A stretch of DNA of 63,755 nucleotides, filler included, from Octopus bimaculoides (taxonomy: Eukaryota), in NCBI RefSeq assembly GCF_001194135.2. It is 5 parts of 5 records of this genome, joined end to end, with 100 filler letters (N's around TTAATTAATTAA, not from the genome) between each part and the next. Parts side by side here need not be neighbours in the genome. Positions count along the whole stretch, not along the records: positions 59,392 to 63,755 come from NC_068991.1; 4 more parts are not named here. One strand, written 5' to 3'. Positions within the stretch are counted from its first letter, which is position 1, and the number at the start of each line of letters is the position of its first letter. Made by a program: the position numbers and the translations under genes. Positions 59,962 through 63,755 of this stretch are shown here, piece after piece. The notes under the pieces were generated by a model. The model made no database searches and had not been told where the DNA came from. It worked only from the letters and a program-made list of their open reading frames with translations.

Positions 59962-60377
59962 GGAGCAGGTGTGGCTGTGTTGTAAGAAGCTTGCTTCCCA
60001 ACCACATGGTTCCAGGTTCAGTCCCACTGCATGGCACCTTGGGCCAACAAAAGTCTTCTGAGTGGATTTGGTAGATGGAAACTGAAAGAAGCCTGTTGTA
60101 TACATATGTAGATATCTATGTGCCCATAGCATATATACATATATGTATATATCTATGTGTCTGTGTTTGTTCTCACACTCATGCTTGACAACTGGTATTG
60201 GTGTGTTTACATCCCTGTAACTTAGTAGTTTGGTAAAAAAAAAAAAAAACACCAATAGAATAAGTATTAGGCTTTAAAAAAACTGTCCTGGGATCAATTT
60301 GTCTGACCAAAATCCTTCAAGGTGGTGCTCCAGCATGGCCGCAGTCAAGTGACTGAAACGAGTAAAAGATAAAAGAT
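59962..60377 (+). mobile_element. tRNA-head SINE family A, full-length
   Basis: ggagcaggtgtggctgtg head through gactgaaacgagtaaaagataaaag tail. Confidence 0.85.
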
Positions 60378-60403
60378 GAAAAAAATATGTGTGTATATAT
60401 ATT

Positions 60404-60511
<108 letters not shown>

Positions 60512-62229
60512 CACACACATACATATTGTGTAAGTAGTTCGGATAAATCCCAGCTGTTTTCTCTTGAAACACATCTGCTCATTCCATCATTTCTATTTCT
60601 TTACTGCCCACAGGAGCTAAACATAGAGGAGACAAACAAGGACAGACAATGAAATTAAGTCAATTACATCGACCCCAGTGTATAACAGGTACTTATTTAA
60701 TCGACTCCGAAAGGATGAAAGGCAAAGTCGACAATAAATATATCATTCAAATGTGCTCCCAGATTGAAGCCCATCACCTTCTCAATCAGTACTCTAGACT
60801 TTTCTCCTTCTTTGAGTTCATCAACATCACCATCAGTCCATTTAAAGGACATTCAGCACATTTAAAGGACATTTAAATTACATTCAGTTCCAGGGAGAGA
60901 TAGGCTCCTTCTTGTGCATCTTGTTTTTTCTTTGAACTCTCATTTTTTAAAAATCTGTTTTAAAATTTTTGGCAGCACCATTTCCATCACTTTGCCATTC
61001 TTCTTTAGCCTCCCTTGTCACAGGATGATAAAATTGTGGTTCTACAGTTTTGGGGGACGGCATTGCTCAGGTTCCTGGTCATTAACTCCTGGTTCTAAGT
61101 ACAAGACAAACGTTTGGAGTCTGATCGATGGCACTTTATAAGCAATAGTTTCTGCAAGTTTCTGTTACTTCAGTTGCTTTTGTATCTTTTCTGGCTAACA
61201 ATACTACTATCAACCAATAATTGACTAATAATGCTAATAATACTACTATCAACCAACTACTGTAAGTAGACATTCCCTTTACCATTCTCTATTACAGTCA
61301 AACTTGCAGATTTGATTAGTTGTTGAAAGGTGTTTTTTAAAGTACATAAGGTGCAATACAAGTCGAGGAATATAGAAAACAAGAGGGGGTTAAATTTTTG
61401 ACAGAAATTCCAAGTGCTTTTGATAAGAAAGTGTCTAAAACTCCAGTTGTTCTTCAACAAATGGAGATTTAGACCTATCGCTTTGGATCATAGTTATCTT
61501 TTATAGCTATTCTAGAATCCAGAGATGGCATAACACATAATAATGACCATTGAGGTACTATGCATTGCTGGAAGGAACATTTTGCTATTTTACAATCTTT
61601 CAATGGTAGATGAAGTGGTTGCTGAAGGCTACCCCAACAACATTATATGGATTATAATCTTACAAATTTGGTTTAGCTGATTTAGTAGATCAACATAAAA
61701 TTAGGTGCCAAGAATAGATGGCATTCCAGTAAAACTGCAAAATAGAAGGAAAAAGATTTCATCTACCATACTTAACTATTTTGAGACACACACTGTTTTG
61801 GTATGTGTAGCCAAAAGGACCAAAATGTTTTTTCTGTTGAGATTGAAAATGATGGGTGCATGTAGAAAACAAAGGATAAAGTATTGGTATGTAGAAAACA
61901 AAGGATAAAGTATTGGTATGTAAAACTATATATATGATATAGTTTTATATTATATCTACTGAAAGACTATAAATGTTGCTTTGTTTTCTGCTTCTAATTG
62001 TTTAAATGACTTCAGCTACTAAATGGCATTATTAAGTCAGTGAACAAATACCATCATTATTTAGTGTTTGAGAGTGTGAGTGAGGAAGTGGTTAATTGAG
62101 GGTGTGTGAGAGAGAGAGTGAGGGAGGGAGGGAGTGCGAAAGAATCAATGAGAGAGGTAGTGAGTGTATGTGAGAGAAACAGTTGTAGTCTAATGAATAC
62201 ATACATATGTGTGTGTGTGTGTGTGTGTA

Positions 62230-62423
62230 CTGACTGGCCCCAATGTCGACGGCACGGAAAAAGCACCCACTACACTCTCGGAGTGGTTGGCATTAGGAAA
62301 GGAATCCAGCTGTAGAAACCTGACCAGATCAGACTGGAGCCTGGTGCAGCTTCCTGGCTTGCCAGTCCTCAGTCAAACCGTCCAGCTCATGCCATCATGG
62401 AAAGTGGACGTTAAACAATGATT

Positions 62424-62496
<73 letters not shown>

Positions 62497-62505
62497 TGAT
62501 GATGA
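62230..62505 (+). mobile_element. RTE-type 3'UTR with long (GAT/GAC)n tail
   Basis: ggagtggttggcattaggaaagg..gtggacgttaaacaatgat(gat)n(gac)n. Confidence 0.7.
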
Positions 62506-63493
62506 AAGACGATCTCTGATTGGCTTTTACACTTCAAAACATTTGTCTCATTGGGCTTTTAGTAGAAAGTGGGTTATACATCTTTAGATGTATACCTGAC
62601 TTTCCTACTATAAAATTAAAGAATATAACGGAACGCTGAACTCCAGACTATCAACTTAAACAACACTTTATTTAGGTGGTAAATATATACATCTTTAGTT
62701 CTTGTTGTTACAGCTTCTGTTGTTGGGACGTTGTTATGTAGGTGTGAGCGAGCTGTCGAGCGTAAGTCCGAAAGATGTAGAGAGACAGCTTAACACGTAA
62801 AGAGGCTGTCTCCAGAGTTCGAATGTTAGAGACACTCTTGACACATCCATTGCTCTATGCTGGCCAGCAAGAAAGAGGGTGAATTGAGCGGGAACGCTTG
62901 GTTGTTTAATTCTACACATGCGTGAGACTACGCATGCGCACGGTGTTACTACAGGCTGATAGATCAGCCTCAAAGTCTTTTCAGCTTGTATCACTCGGGT
63001 CAATCAATCAGTCCAGTTGTCTCAGGAAGATCAATCAGATAACAAACATCTAAGACCTTGTAAACCACCAGACTGAATTGATGGGATTTTTGAATGCATA
63101 AAAGCAAAGGATCGAAAACTATATGTAACAATTCTTAAAGTATCCCTCTCTTGAAGTCTGCCAGCAATGTTTTATCCAGACTGCCGTTGAATTGGTAAAT
63201 GAAAGACATCTGCACCCTACCCATCAGTGCTACCTGAAAACACAATTAATCCTGTAGAGACTCTAGGTTTTGTCTGTTATGCTTGGTGTAGACCAGTCAT
63301 GAACAAACTGTGTCCTGCAGGACTTTCTGAATTGCATGCTTAACGAAAAACTTACCTTGGATTTTTGGGGACAGTGCGGTTTGCCTGAAGAGGAGCAATG
63401 TCTCATGTGGCCTACTTCTCATAAAAGGTTGTCTGTGCTTGGTCTGGAACTTATAGATTATCAGTTCCTCATGAGAATCATCTCAGAACACAC

Positions 63494-63537
<44 letters not shown>

Positions 63538-63539
<2 letters not shown>

Positions 63540-63755
63540 TCATCGTTTAACGTCCGCTTTCCATGCTAGCATGGGTTGGACGATTTGACTGAGGACTGGT
63601 GAAACCGGATGGCAACACCAGGCTCCAGTCTGATTTGGCAGAGTTTCTACAGCTGGATGCCCTTCCTAACGCCAACCACTCAGAGAGTGTAGTGGGTGCT
63701 TTTACGTGTCACCCGCACGAAAACGGCCACGCTCGGAATGGTGTCTTTTATGTGC
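63538..63755 (-). mobile_element. Young RTE-type 3' end next to (TA)n (continues right of window)
   Basis: catcatcgtttaacgtccgctttccatgctagcatggg... identical to 30055-30138. Confidence 0.75.

Noticed and set aside
61861-61920. 29-bp tandem duplication gtagaaaacaaaggataaagtattggtat (similar 2-copy repeats at 31255-31300 and 61195-61260)
   Set aside because: Two-copy local slippage duplications; no spacers, so not CRISPR-like, and no further structure.

Overview
AT-rich, microsatellite-dense eukaryotic genomic DNA from a gapped draft assembly. The SINE, RTE and Penelope content suggests an octopus or other coleoid cephalopod (inference from repeat style; no database search was run). I can support one host gene: a minus-strand NOC4L/Noc4 (CBF/Mak21 domain, 40S biogenesis) homolog. 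Seven phase-compatible GT-AG exons were reconstructed by hand between 21922 and 1926. Its 5' exons are unresolved and its 3' exons appear to lie left of the window. Nearly everything else is transposon-derived: a full-length decayed Tc1 (2426-3675), a full-length decayed mariner (53089-54364), a pogo/Tigger fossil, many RTE LINE pieces, CR1/L2 and RLE-type LINE fragments, several tRNA-head SINE families, MITEs, and a tandem array of Penelope-like elements (47.0-53.1 kb). Most notable: (1) a minimal hammerhead-ribozyme-like fold with a U3-A8 core pair at each Penelope 3' terminus; (2) a GGATC-ended, 8-bp-TSD foldback MITE family with telomere-like cores and copy-specific outer TIRs; (3) a ~1.5 kb foldback built from SINE 3' ends. 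No prokaryotic features, rRNA, true tRNA or CRISPR arrays are supported.
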